From contig CAWGXL010000011.1 of assembly GCA_963826535.1 (NCBI GenBank), forward strand, positions 576,809 through 640,808: a stretch of DNA of 64,000 nt, given 5' to 3'. Both the position numbers and the translations under genes were made by a program. Shown piece by piece: positions 43,190 through 53,066 of the stretch. Below the pieces are notes generated by a model. That model did not search any database. It was not told the DNA's origin and saw only the letters and a list, made by a program, of their open reading frames with translations. The stretch is from an uncultured bacterium (GTDB lineage: Bacteria > Patescibacteriota > Microgenomatia > Levybacterales > UBA12049). Positions within the stretch are counted from its first letter, which is position 1, and every line of letters starts with the position of its first letter.

Positions 43190-45855
43190 TCATCTTCTTT
43201 CTGCCACCAGGAATGAACTCTTTTAATTATTTTATGTTTGACGTGGTGGTGGGTATGGCGGTGCAAAGCGTGGAAAGGATGGGGGATTATAAGGTAGAGT
43301 ATTGCCAGTAATAAAGCCAGGATGCTTGCATAAAAAAGGAGCCAAGAAATTTTGCTTCCCTCATAAGAAAGAACGATTTGCTGAGGTTCGTTATTTAAAG
43401 ATTTAGGAATTGGAACATACATGAAATCTAGTCCGGCAATATGCACGGGAATTTTATTTCCGTTGGCTGTGGCAGTCCAGCCGGGGTCATAATTTTCTTT
43501 AAAGTAAACCCCATTAATATTTGTACCTGTAATATCGATTATTCTTGGGTCTATTCTGCTTACTTTAAACGCGGGTTTAGTAGAATCTGTTGTAGTTATT
43601 GGCTTTAGTATATTTGCAAAAAGTTTTGCTTCTTCATAATTGTCGTTTTTGACAGTATGATAAATAAGATTCATTCCGCTCCACACGACTTGTCCTTTTC
43701 CTAATTTTCCTTGAGCAAGTAGAAGTTTATTGTTAAGTTGTAATTCAGGCTTAGCCCATGACCTAAGGTCAGATTGTGTGGAGGTTGATTGCTTCCAGGG
43801 GCCGCCATTATAGGAAAGCGGCGAGAATTTTTTTACATTGATATCGCTGATAACTCCTGAATTTTCATTTAAGCCTTTGTCAAAGGTGGTTTTGGTTTCA
43901 ATAAGAGAGAGTGAATTTACAGGAAAAATTTCAGCAAGGTTGCCGCCAGGATGATTTTTAAGGGACGCGGTTTCTATAAATACCAGACCCCCGTTTTTCG
44001 CAAAATCTGTGATTTTTGACCAGTCGCTTCCGGTAAATTGATAACACACAATAGCTTTAAATTTTTTTAATTCTTCCTCAGAAATATCGCTAATATCTTG
44101 TGGGCCTTTCACAGGGATAAAAGAGAAAGAATTTAGATTTGTCATGGCAATTGTGCGGATGAAATTCTCATAACCAATATCATCGCCAATAAATAGCAGG
44201 GCATTACTATTGGTCGGAGAAACAATTGGGGAGACGTAGTTGGATGAAAATTGATACCAGGTAAAATTTTTCAGTTCATCTTGCCTGGTAACAATTTTTG
44301 GGTCTGTAAGAATAGATTCCGGATATGGGGCAATTGAATTTTCGTGGAAACCAATGGCAAACGCGTCAAGTAAAAATAATGCACGGTTTTTGACAAGTTC
44401 CTCATTATCGATTTTTGGATCTCTTGTCGCGTATTGTAGTAAATACTGCCAATCCCGATGGACTCCAATAGGATGATCAGAATAACCACGAGTTGAGGGC
44501 ATTGAGGAAATAAAATTCCACCATTGTGTCAGTCCAGGATTAAATGTATCCAGGCGCCAATTTGTCTCCCGGAGCGGGATCCAGTCAGGAATAATCTTGG
44601 ACAATTCAAGTGTTTTATATTTTGGAATTGTATAGAGGTAACTATCAATGGGGTCGATATTGACGCGATCTTTATGAATTGTTGGTGGATAATAATAAAG
44701 TGAAATGCCTATTATAAATACTATAAATACGGAAATAATCAGAGAGACTTTTGGTAGTACTTTATGCACTGACCGGAATAAATGTGCTGCGATCAAAAGT
44801 AAAAAAATATTGGCTGCCCAAAAAATTCTCGTGGGAAAAATTACATTGGCGAGGCCGTTTATTAAATGAAGGTAGGCGAATAATCCATACAAGAAAAATA
44901 CTGTGAATCCTGCTAGCGCAGGCATGAAGGAAAAAAACTTTACTGATCGTTTAACGATTTTAGCCGATATTGCCAAAAGAAAAGTAGCTGCGATAATAAT
45001 AAGTGTTAAAGGTGTCATCCAGAGAATTAAATGTTTTGGATAAATTCCCCAACATTCAGGGTTGTTGCAGGCATCAGTGCCGGAGCCGAGAAAGTTTTGC
45101 AGAAAAACTGTAAAAAGTCCGGAAGATCCGATTACAAAAGAAAGACAGGAAAATATAATAATATAATAAATTCTTTTTTTGTATGTAATATTTTTTAATG
45201 GTATGACTAAAAACGCTGCAAGAACGGGTAAAAAAATCATTATTAAACTTGTTGGAGCGTGATTTAAGAAAGCAAATCCCATAAATATTGAGGCGATAAC
45301 TAAATAATGTTTTTTAGAATTTTCTGCAAATTTATATATCAATAGAAGAATTAAAGGTAAATACCACTGAGCGGTTGCCGAGATAACAAAACCGCCGGTC
45401 ATTAAGGGATAATAGGTTGCTTTGGTTATGACTAGAATAAGTGTCAAAGTGAAAGCCACAAGCCAATTTTTGCTTACTTGTTTAAAAAGTATAAGGCTGG
45501 CAAGAAAAAATAGAGCTAAAGAAATACTGGCAAAAATTTCCATGGTATTTGCGGGTTCAAAAAAAGGCATCAATGGAAACATGAGATAAAAAGCGAGCCA
45601 GGGGTAACCGCCAATTATGGGAGAGCCCTCATTCCATAAGGGTATCCAGCCTAAAGGGGGAAGCGATAAATTATGATAAAAGAAATTGACATAGGTAAGT
45701 GCGTTGAAATAATCACCTCCCATTGGTTGTTGACTGAAAAGGTAAGTTTTTCCTGCAATTGACCACCAAATATAAATTAGAATTGTAGATAGGACGAGAA
45801 AGGCGATAAGGTGTATTAGGGTTTTAAGTGTATGTTTAACTATTTTCATATACAA
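43186..45855 (-). CDS. Large polytopic membrane protein, YfhO-like / putative GT-C glycosyltransferase (paralog 5, 889 aa)
   Basis: WWNFISSMPSTRGYSDHP; GKGQVVWSGMNLIYHT; YDPGWTATANGNKIPVHIAGLDFMYVPIP; a final TM and the tail HSWWQKEDE. Confidence 0.5.
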   Translation of the reverse strand: MYMKIVKHTLKTLIHLIAFLVLSTILIYIWWSIAGKTYLFSQQPMGGDYFNALTYVNFFYHNLSLPPLGWIPLWNEGSPIIGGYPWLAFYLMFPLMPFFEPANTMEIFASISLALFFLASLILFKQVSKNWLVAFTLTLILVITKATYYPLMTGGFVISATAQWYLPLILLLIYKFAENSKKHYLVIASIFMGFAFLNHAPTSLIMIFLPVLAAFLVIPLKNITYKKRIYYIIIFSCLSFVIGSSGLFTVFLQNFLGSGTDACNNPECWGIYPKHLILWMTPLTLIIIAATFLLAISAKIVKRSVKFFSFMPALAGFTVFFLYGLFAYLHLINGLANVIFPTRIFWAANIFLLLIAAHLFRSVHKVLPKVSLIISVFIVFIIGISLYYYPPTIHKDRVNIDPIDSYLYTIPKYKTLELSKIIPDWIPLRETNWRLDTFNPGLTQWWNFISSMPSTRGYSDHPIGVHRDWQYLLQYATRDPKIDNEELVKNRALFLLDAFAIGFHENSIAPYPESILTDPKIVTRQDELKNFTWYQFSSNYVSPIVSPTNSNALLFIGDDIGYENFIRTIAMTNLNSFSFIPVKGPQDISDISEEELKKFKAIVCYQFTGSDWSKITDFAKNGGLVFIETASLKNHPGGNLAEIFPVNSLSLIETKTTFDKGLNENSGVISDINVKKFSPLSYNGGPWKQSTSTQSDLRSWAKPELQLNNKLLLAQGKLGKGQVVWSGMNLIYHTVKNDNYEEAKLFANILKPITTTDSTKPAFKVSRIDPRIIDITGTNINGVYFKENYDPGWTATANGNKIPVHIAGLDFMYVPIPKSLNNEPQQIVLSYEGSKISWLLFYASILALLLAILYLIIPHPFHALHRHTHHHVKHKIIKRVHSWWQKEDE

Positions 45856-45882
45856 ATTTTAGTTTTTAACTTACATTGAATT

Positions 45883-45986
45883 GTCATCCCGACCGAGTTC
45901 GCAAACGAGTGGAGGGATCTCAAGCCTATGTGGAAATCTGTGGTATGAGATTCTTCGACTTTGCTATCGCTTCGCTCAGAATGACA
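45883..45986. repeat. Two adjacent degenerate copies of the palindromic element family (GTCATCCCGACCGAG...GGAGGGATCTC and GAGATTCTTCGACTTTGCTATCGCTTCGCTCAGAATGACAA)
   Basis: GTCAT(T/C)CC / GG(A/G)ATC-type flanks are retained; the internal cores diverge. Confidence 0.55.
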
Positions 45987-46016
45987 AACGTTGAGAAACA
46001 TGAGTTTTATAATTAA

Positions 46017-46952
46017 TTATTTTTTAACAGGTTTAGCGATTATTAACATATTATCACGAAAAGCGAATGAAAATAAATTGATAAGTAAAGTGATAGGAAA
46101 AAGGAGATAGGCTGCTAGAATCGCCACGAATGAATTAACTCTTTTTGAGCGAAAGAGGTTGGCGAAACTGCTTGAGCCGCTGAAACTGAGGATGCCGGGA
46201 TAAGATATAAAAGTAGTTTGAAAACCAGCTTCATTTAAAACTAGTGTTAGAGATTTTTTCGTCCAAAAGAATAGATGTTGTGGAAGTAGAAGAAGCTGCC
46301 AATGGGCTCTAAAAAGTTTTCTATATATACTGTTACCATTAGGAACTTCTATTACAAGGTATCCATCGGGACTTATTAGATTACTCAGAGAATTCAAAAC
46401 AATTTTGGGATTAGGTAGATGTTCCAGCACATGCCACATTGTTATTATTTCAAATGACTGTTCCGTAAGTTTTATGTGTTGTACAGGCTGGGTCAGGATA
46501 TTAGCCTTTTTTAACTTTAACTTTGCTTGTTTTGCTAAGTTTCTGTTGATTTCAATACCTGTTAACTGCCATTTATTACCGGCAAATTTTTCTAAAAATG
46601 AACCGTCACCGCATCCAATGTCAAGAATTTTTCCAGAGACATGCAGGGCAAGTATTTTGTTATATCTACTGCTAAAACAGGAGTCTAAATAGGTTCTATA
46701 TACTGTTTTTCCAAAAGGGATATGGAGTAATGCGTTGACTTGATGATTTTTTGCTTTGATTAGTTCATTAGGATCTTCATAAGAATAGAAGCGGTTAGGA
46801 CTTTGAATTATTAAAGGACGAATTTGTATGAGGTCGCAATTGGTGCATCTGTAAAATGTGTATTTTTTATTTTTGTGAAAGGCTTTAAAAATAATTGATT
46901 TTAAGCGTTTTGAACAAATAGAACAATTACTGCTCATATTATAAAATATCAT
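46017..46952 (-). CDS. Class I SAM-dependent methyltransferase (Methyltransf_23-like) with an N-terminal Zn-ribbon and a C-terminal hydrophobic tail
   Basis: CSICSKR...CTNC, ILDIGCGDG and ITMWHVLEHLPNP. Confidence 0.7.
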   Translation of the reverse strand: MIFYNMSSNCSICSKRLKSIIFKAFHKNKKYTFYRCTNCDLIQIRPLIIQSPNRFYSYEDPNELIKAKNHQVNALLHIPFGKTVYRTYLDSCFSSRYNKILALHVSGKILDIGCGDGSFLEKFAGNKWQLTGIEINRNLAKQAKLKLKKANILTQPVQHIKLTEQSFEIITMWHVLEHLPNPKIVLNSLSNLISPDGYLVIEVPNGNSIYRKLFRAHWQLLLLPQHLFFWTKKSLTLVLNEAGFQTTFISYPGILSFSGSSSFANLFRSKRVNSFVAILAAYLLFPITLLINLFSFAFRDNMLIIAKPVKK

Positions 46953-49122
46953 TTTTAAGAATATTGCTGAATTTTTTGCTCGTCAATTCCCAATCATGTT
47001 TCGCTGCTTCATTTCTGGCCTCAATAGACAATTTTTGCTGAATAGCTTTATTCTGCAAAAGTTTTATAATTTGTCGCGAAAAAGATTGGTGATCACCAAG
47101 AGGTGCCAGGAGATAGCCGTTTTTATATACACTTCCTAAAACACCGTTATCGTACCCTATAATAGGTAAGCCGCATGCCATTGCTTCGGCAACTGCCAGT
47201 CCCCATCCTGCTTCATGATCGAGAAAGAGAAAAATATCAGCCTGTTTCATAATACTATACACTTTCTCATAGGGAAGGAAGCCAAGAAGCGAAATATTTT
47301 TAGATAAAGATTCTTCCTTAATTTTGAGACGCAGGGATTTTTTTAAATATTCAGAGCCATCGCCGATAATGGCGAGCTTAGACAGAGGCAATTTTTTCGT
47401 TACTTCTTTCCAGATAGGAATGGTATCAAAGATACCTTTGGTCACATGAAGTCTGCCTAAAAAAACTGCATTAAATGAATTTGCTTTATCTTGTTTTACT
47501 TTTTCTATTTTTTCGAGTTCTATACCTCCTCCTAAGACTTTTAACCTTTCTTTTTTGAAACCTTTTTTTTGCAGGTCATTATGGAGATTAGCATTTAACG
47601 CAAGAGTAAGATCAGCTTGGGTTCTCATCATGGTAAGTGAAAGAGACTGCATGAGATATGAGATGAGATTCACAAATATGTTTCCTCGTCTTTTATTAGG
47701 AGGCGCGATAAGGTGATGTACTCTTGCGATCCAGTGGGTATTGGGGTATCTTTTTTTTATAAAAAATGCAGGTAGTACATCGGGTAGTACATCGGTAGAT
47801 GAGTAGAGAATAGATTTTACATTTTGAGTTGAAGCAGGCGAAATTTTATGCTTAAGAATATTGTATGTTTGAAACATTCTTATACAATAAGCTATAAGAA
47901 TTTGAACAGGTTTACGGCTATGGTCAAATATATTATGATTTAAGGCGGTAATTTTTTTTTGTAACGGGGAGTGTTGCCAATGTTTTGCGCCTACGCCCGA
48001 GACAATAATCGAGAAGGTGTAATTGTCTGCCAGATGCATTGCCATCGGCTCCATAAGCTTATCTCCGCCGGCAATGGAAGTTCCGTGAACATGGCTTATT
48101 TCTACTACAAATATTTTTGGCTTGATGTGAACTACCTCTAGTATGAGACTGAGCAATTGTCGGGTATTTGCTTCCCAGGAAAGTTTTTCTTTAACAGTTT
48201 TCCAGGCATGCGCGCCCATTTTATATGCTTCTCTTTCATCATTAAGAAGTTTTTGGATATATGCGGTGTATTCAGTAACATCAACATGGCTCGGAAAAAA
48301 TCCATCAACTCCATGTTTAAATATATCAGTTACGCCTGAGAATTTGGGAATAATAATTGGCAGTCCATGTCCAGCAGCTTCAAGGGCAGCAAGTCCAAAG
48401 GCTTCAAAATGGGGATGGAGAAAAAGACGTGCCTCATTACAAAGCGCCCGCAATTTTTTTTTGTCGTAAGCGGGGACAAGAGACACTCTTTTTTGCAGTT
48501 TTTCTTCTTTTATAAATGTACTAAATGCATTTAATTCTTTTTGGTCAATCCAAGTTCCGGCAATTGTCAGATGTGTATCCGGTATTTTTTTTAAAAGCTT
48601 TAAGAGGAAATAAGGGTTTTTTTCGTTTTGCCAGCGGCCGAAGGAGAGTAATTGACTGCCGCGTTTTTTTGGTATAGATTTGATAGCTTCCGTACCAAAA
48701 GTATGAATAACCGGGGTAACACCATAATTATTTTTTATATAATTATAGTGAACTTTTGAAATAATTATTGTTTTTTTTGCATCACTGACTATTGAGCGTT
48801 CAAAATACCGGGCGAGTGGATAAAGCAAGGGAAAAAGGAACCGCAATATGGTTTTTGCATAAACTTTTTTCAAAATATAAACAATCGGGTCATGAATTAC
48901 CGCTATATACGGGATTTTAAGGGTGCGGTATATGGCTTGGGTTGTTAGGCTAGAAGTTGTGCCAAGACTTATAAGGATATCATATTTATCTTTGCGTAAA
49001 ACTTTGGGCGCGAAAAAAGGACTAATAAGGTGCAGGGTTGATAAGAAACTAAATACAGGGAATTTTATAGTTTTGCGGAAAAAAGTTCGGGTAAGAGTCG
49101 GATAAGTATTGAAAAGGGACAT
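46939..49122 (-). CDS. Tandem double family-4 glycosyltransferase (two Glycos_transf_1 domains), probably N-terminally frameshifted; see 49049..49288
   Basis: Two GT4 C-terminal catalytic blocks (…FGLAALEAAGHGLPII… and …GWGLAVAEAMACGLPIIGYDNG…). Its N-terminal GT4 'Glyco_trans_4' segment continues upstream in another frame. Confidence 0.7.
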   Translation of the reverse strand: MSLFNTYPTLTRTFFRKTIKFPVFSFLSTLHLISPFFAPKVLRKDKYDILISLGTTSSLTTQAIYRTLKIPYIAVIHDPIVYILKKVYAKTILRFLFPLLYPLARYFERSIVSDAKKTIIISKVHYNYIKNNYGVTPVIHTFGTEAIKSIPKKRGSQLLSFGRWQNEKNPYFLLKLLKKIPDTHLTIAGTWIDQKELNAFSTFIKEEKLQKRVSLVPAYDKKKLRALCNEARLFLHPHFEAFGLAALEAAGHGLPIIIPKFSGVTDIFKHGVDGFFPSHVDVTEYTAYIQKLLNDEREAYKMGAHAWKTVKEKLSWEANTRQLLSLILEVVHIKPKIFVVEISHVHGTSIAGGDKLMEPMAMHLADNYTFSIIVSGVGAKHWQHSPLQKKITALNHNIFDHSRKPVQILIAYCIRMFQTYNILKHKISPASTQNVKSILYSSTDVLPDVLPAFFIKKRYPNTHWIARVHHLIAPPNKRRGNIFVNLISYLMQSLSLTMMRTQADLTLALNANLHNDLQKKGFKKERLKVLGGGIELEKIEKVKQDKANSFNAVFLGRLHVTKGIFDTIPIWKEVTKKLPLSKLAIIGDGSEYLKKSLRLKIKEESLSKNISLLGFLPYEKVYSIMKQADIFLFLDHEAGWGLAVAEAMACGLPIIGYDNGVLGSVYKNGYLLAPLGDHQSFSRQIIKLLQNKAIQQKLSIEARNEAAKHDWELTSKKFSNILKNDIL

Positions 49123-49288
49123 TCTTAACTAAATAAGAAAAGTCGGTAGGATAAATTTTGCGCATGATGATAAGGAGTTTGGCATTGTGGCCAAGTTTAT
49201 TTAGTTCTTTGACTTGTGCTATGGCTGCCAGTTGTACGCCTCCGGCTAGTAACTGATCGATGACAATGCCAATATGTAATTTTCTCAT
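49049..49288 (-). pseudogene. N-terminal fragment of the double-GT4 gene in a different frame (authentic frameshift, programmed shift or sequencing error)
   Basis: MRKLHIGIVIDQLLAGGVQLAAIAQVKELNKLGHNAKLLII is a canonical GT4 N-terminus (kI.iv......GGve......a..L...Gh.v.l). It overlaps the start of the 727-aa ORF by ~73 bp. The overlap contains homopolymer runs (TTTTTTCCGCAAAA). Confidence 0.55.
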
Positions 49289-49392
49289 TCACTTTTATAA
49301 TACAGGATTTTATTGTCTTTGCAAGAGAAATATATTTTATTAGAGAAAAGCCGATTTGTTATAATCGAACTAGCGTTTTCGATAATATATAT

Positions 49393-50271
49393 ATGAAGTT
49401 TTTGCGTTTAGGACTGCGTTCATTTATTCTTGATTGGCAACTTCTCCAATCTAATTTCCCAATAATTTTTTTGTATAGATGTGAATTTATTTTTAAAAAA
49501 TATTTATTAATTTTAAAACATCACTTTTTACAAATTGCGCTAATCCCAGAAAAAAATAATATATTTATTGGAAAACGAAGTTATTTTTACGGTTCAGTGT
49601 TTGGTTTGGCTGTTTTTCAATCAATGGTAATTACACTAAACAAACATATACTTCCCATTCTCAGTTCTATAGAAAAACCGGTTATTATTGATGTCGGAGC
49701 ACATCTCGGATTTTTTTCTTTACCACTTGCTTCATTACTAAATAAACCAATAATCTATGCATTAGAACCGGTTTCAGTTACTTTTAATTTGCTTGTTAAA
49801 AATGTGAACCATACAAGTTTAATTAAAACATTCCGTCTTGGGTTATTAGATAAACCTCAAAAAAAAATTATTTTTTATAATCCTGAACTGTTAATGTACA
49901 GCTCGCTGTTAAGTGAGAGGTTTACATGGGATAAAAGCCCGCACAAAGAAACAATTAGTCTTAATACACTAGATGCATTTTGTAAAGAAAATAAAATTAT
50001 TTCAATAGACCTTCTTAAAATTGATGCAGAGGGGGTAGAAGAAAGAATTCTTAGAGGAGGAAACAAGATACTATCCCGAACGCGGTATTTATTTTTAGAA
50101 TGTTCACTTGATCAAGTTGATAATTCAACTTTTAGTTCTCTTGTGGGGTGTCTCAGCGGAAAAAGATATAACTTTCAGTTAATAAAAATTACCTCCACTT
50201 TAAAAGATCAAGCAGGCTGTTTACTATTAGTAAATTTGCTATTTAAAAATCTTTTATTTAAAAGTAGTTGA
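49393..50271 (+). CDS. FkbM-family methyltransferase
   Basis: VIIDVGAHLGFFS...ALEP...LLKIDAEGVEERIL matches the Methyltransf_21 (FkbM) signature. Confidence 0.75.
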   Translation: MKFLRLGLRSFILDWQLLQSNFPIIFLYRCEFIFKKYLLILKHHFLQIALIPEKNNIFIGKRSYFYGSVFGLAVFQSMVITLNKHILPILSSIEKPVIIDVGAHLGFFSLPLASLLNKPIIYALEPVSVTFNLLVKNVNHTSLIKTFRLGLLDKPQKKIIFYNPELLMYSSLLSERFTWDKSPHKETISLNTLDAFCKENKIISIDLLKIDAEGVEERILRGGNKILSRTRYLFLECSLDQVDNSTFSSLVGCLSGKRYNFQLIKITSTLKDQAGCLLLVNLLFKNLLFKSS

Positions 50272-50326
50272 TGAATTTATAGAGTCAACATTGGGTCATG
50301 TTCATATCTTTGTTATAGTTTTTTCA

Positions 50327-51094
50327 TTATAGTTTATATTTCGCATATATATCGCCGCAGAGGTATTTATTATTAATGGATCTTAGCTTTTTATAAAGGA
50401 TATCGGCATTTATCCAATTGGAAAATTTTAAGTCCCATTCTTCACAAAGAACACAATTGAATTTTACATTACCAAGCGACGATAGATACTTCATATTTTC
50501 ATAAGCATCATCTAAAAGTTCTTTTTGAAATTCAAAAGATATAAACTTAATAGGTTGACTCAACCCTTTTATAACCGGTTTTTCAAATCCCTCCACATCA
50601 ATTTTGCAGAATGTTGGTAATCCATATTGTCGTATCAATGAATCTAAAGTAGTTACAGGCACTGTATAAGAATCGGTCCACTTAAAGTTATTTGAAAATC
50701 TGAATTCACGTCTCCACTTATCATTCATAGTTGCAATTGCCGGTTCATCCTTATTTGTATATAGTTTTAGCCGTCCATTTTTTTCAGCAACTCCTTTGGG
50801 TACTATGATTACGCGCTTTTTATTTTTGAAGGATTTATACAATTGTTGAAGGCATTGTTTTGACGGTTCAACGCATACGACCTTTTTGGCTCCTAAGTTC
50901 AGATAGATTTTTGACATTTGACCGACACATGCACCAATATCAAAGCAAATATCTCCTCTTTTAACAAATTGAGAGAAAAAATTCAGCTCGTTTCTGCGAC
51001 GAAAAATATGTAGACGATCATATAAAATCCACAGCATTCTTGCTTTTGAATAAAGATTAAGAGACCAGAGTAATTTCATTATCAACCACCGCAT
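50327..51094 (-). CDS. FkbM-family methyltransferase
   Basis: ICFDIGACVGQMS...CVEPS...FCKIDVEGFEKPVIKG. Confidence 0.75.
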   Translation of the reverse strand: MRWLIMKLLWSLNLYSKARMLWILYDRLHIFRRRNELNFFSQFVKRGDICFDIGACVGQMSKIYLNLGAKKVVCVEPSKQCLQQLYKSFKNKKRVIIVPKGVAEKNGRLKLYTNKDEPAIATMNDKWRREFRFSNNFKWTDSYTVPVTTLDSLIRQYGLPTFCKIDVEGFEKPVIKGLSQPIKFISFEFQKELLDDAYENMKYLSSLGNVKFNCVLCEEWDLKFSNWINADILYKKLRSINNKYLCGDIYAKYKL

Positions 51095-51095
51095 A

Positions 51096-51809
51096 TTATG
51101 TATCGATTTGTTTTTGCGCTGCTATCCAGAAACTGTTTCGTAACATAGATATTGGTGAAGAAAAAAAGAGATAAATTATTAAATTTTTTGTCCAAAATGG
51201 TAGTTTACCAAAGAGGGGAGGAAAAGCCCTGTCGAATATAGGTTTGTAGGTAGCTTTAAAACGAGTTTTTGTATCAATGAAACCAAAGCTTTTCAATAAA
51301 ACTGATAAACTTTTTGGTGTATAGAATTTAATATGCGTTGGATCGGAATAGGCGAACCATTTTTCCCTTAGTAATAATCGAATTGGACTAGCGAAGTTAG
51401 GAGTGACCAAGAAAATAAATCCTTTAGGTTTTAGTATACGTTTTGCTTCATTGAGAAACTTTTCAACTTCTACGGGGGACAAATGTTCAATTACAGAAAT
51501 TACCGAAATAATATCGAAAGAATTATTTTTAAAGGGCAATTTTGTCGCAGATGCTTTTATAATTGTATTTTTTTTATTTATTTTTCTTGCAAATTTTAAT
51601 GCATCCTCATAAATGTCACAACCCAAAGATTTAAAGCCATTTTCGTTAAAAAATTTGACTATTCTCCCTGTACCGCAACCAACGTCTAATAGCTTTTCCA
51701 GTTTATACTCACTCATAAATATTCTAATTGATTCTGCTAATTGCACATCAAGTTGGTCTCTATCTTCAAAGTATTTTTTGTCGTATTGTTTTAGATATTG
51801 TATAGCCAT
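51096..51809 (-). CDS. Class I SAM-dependent methyltransferase (Methyltransf_11-like)
   Basis: KLLDVGCGTGR and FDIISVISVIEHLSPVEVEKFLNEAKRILKPKGFIF. Confidence 0.75.
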   Translation of the reverse strand: MAIQYLKQYDKKYFEDRDQLDVQLAESIRIFMSEYKLEKLLDVGCGTGRIVKFFNENGFKSLGCDIYEDALKFARKINKKNTIIKASATKLPFKNNSFDIISVISVIEHLSPVEVEKFLNEAKRILKPKGFIFLVTPNFASPIRLLLREKWFAYSDPTHIKFYTPKSLSVLLKSFGFIDTKTRFKATYKPIFDRAFPPLFGKLPFWTKNLIIYLFFSSPISMLRNSFWIAAQKQIDT

Positions 51810-51812
51810 ATT

Positions 51813-52943
51813 TTATTTTGTTTTAATTGTTTTCAATATCACTTTTTCCCATTCCCCTGCACAATAATCCCAGGTATAAATATGAGCTAAATTGTTTGCA
51901 TTCTTGCCAAGAATATACCGAAGTTTGGGATTATTAATTAATACTGTCATATAATGGGAAAGTTTATCAATGTTTTCTGCGACAAAGCCAGTTTTTTCAT
52001 GAAGAATTATTTCAAGCGCAGCGGCTTGGTTGAGTGCAATTGTGGGTTTGTTAAAATAAGCCGCTTCGTAGATTGACAAACCAAAGTATAAGTATCGATC
52101 CGCAGTTGCACAGATGTCTGTTTGTTTATAGAGCTTCGAAAGTTCGTTGTCTGATGGATTAAGAATTATATTTACTTGTTTGCCGCCTAACTTTTTTAAA
52201 TATTTAACATATTTCAATTTCGGCTGAGAACCTACAATTGTCAGAAGAATGTTTTTATTTGTTTTTATTTTCTTAAGTGCATTGAGTAATATATGAAATC
52301 CTTTATAGGGAGTGATTCTTGATACAGAAATAATATTAAAGGTGTTTTTCTTAGTTTTTGTTGGCGATTTAATAATTGGCAAAAAACTGGTTCCGTGGAA
52401 AATTACTTTATCACACTTTCTTTTATAAAGTGCTTCACCTTCTCTAGCAGAAAATTCACTAATAGCTACAATTGAATTTGAAAGTCTGAATGAGATAAAA
52501 TCGTTCATGTAAATATATAAATTTGCAACCTGATTTAAAAACTTGTCTTTAAAAGTCAATTTTTCATTTGGATTTTTATTTTCTAAAAGCGCGTCAAATT
52601 GGGTGCCTTGGTACATACGGATTATTGGTACTCCGGTAAATTTCGCGGCAACGAAAAAGGGGAGAGTTCCGGAAAACCAGACAGCATCAGGGGGATTTTT
52701 TTTAAGCTCAAGATACAAAGCAATGGCAGAGAAATATTTTATGCGTTTTATTTTTATAAAAACAATCCGTACACCGCTATCATTAAGGTCAGCGAGCGCG
52801 GTATGGTCAAGCATTGTATTGTAAGCAAAGACTGTAACATTGTGGCCACGTTTTGCCAGATGCTTTGCGATCATAAGAGGTGCCCGGGCTCCGGAATGGT
52901 AATTGATAATTTCTGTTAATACACCAATTTTTAATTTTTTCAT
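51813..52943 (-). CDS. Glycosyltransferase family 4
   Basis: MKKLKIGVLTE...GARAPLMIAKHLAKRGHNVTVF (GT4 N-terminal domain) and a C-terminal Glycos_transf_1 block. Confidence 0.8.
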   Translation of the reverse strand: MKKLKIGVLTEIINYHSGARAPLMIAKHLAKRGHNVTVFAYNTMLDHTALADLNDSGVRIVFIKIKRIKYFSAIALYLELKKNPPDAVWFSGTLPFFVAAKFTGVPIIRMYQGTQFDALLENKNPNEKLTFKDKFLNQVANLYIYMNDFISFRLSNSIVAISEFSAREGEALYKRKCDKVIFHGTSFLPIIKSPTKTKKNTFNIISVSRITPYKGFHILLNALKKIKTNKNILLTIVGSQPKLKYVKYLKKLGGKQVNIILNPSDNELSKLYKQTDICATADRYLYFGLSIYEAAYFNKPTIALNQAAALEIILHEKTGFVAENIDKLSHYMTVLINNPKLRYILGKNANNLAHIYTWDYCAGEWEKVILKTIKTK

Positions 52944-52963
52944 TGTTTAATTCGAGTTATGTA

Positions 52964-53066
52964 ATACCTTCCTTGTCATTCCCATGAAAATGGGAATCTA
53001 TATTAATTAAGTTCTGGATTCCCCCACCCTTGTCAAGCAAGCGGACTCCTTCGTCAGCCCCTTCGC
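52964..53066. repeat. Two palindromic-element copies (GTCATTCCCATGAAAATGGGAATC, and CTGGATTCCCCCACCCTTGTCAAGCAAGCGGACTCCTTCGTCAGCCCCTTCGCGGGAATGACGG, which has an internal module insertion). The second forms the 3' end of the 53054..53848 CDS
   Basis: Covarying stem (ATTCCCA/TGGGAAT). The CCCTTGTCAAGCAAGCGG module is shared with 17357..17494. The element encodes the C-terminal ...PSFPRRG. Confidence 0.75.
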
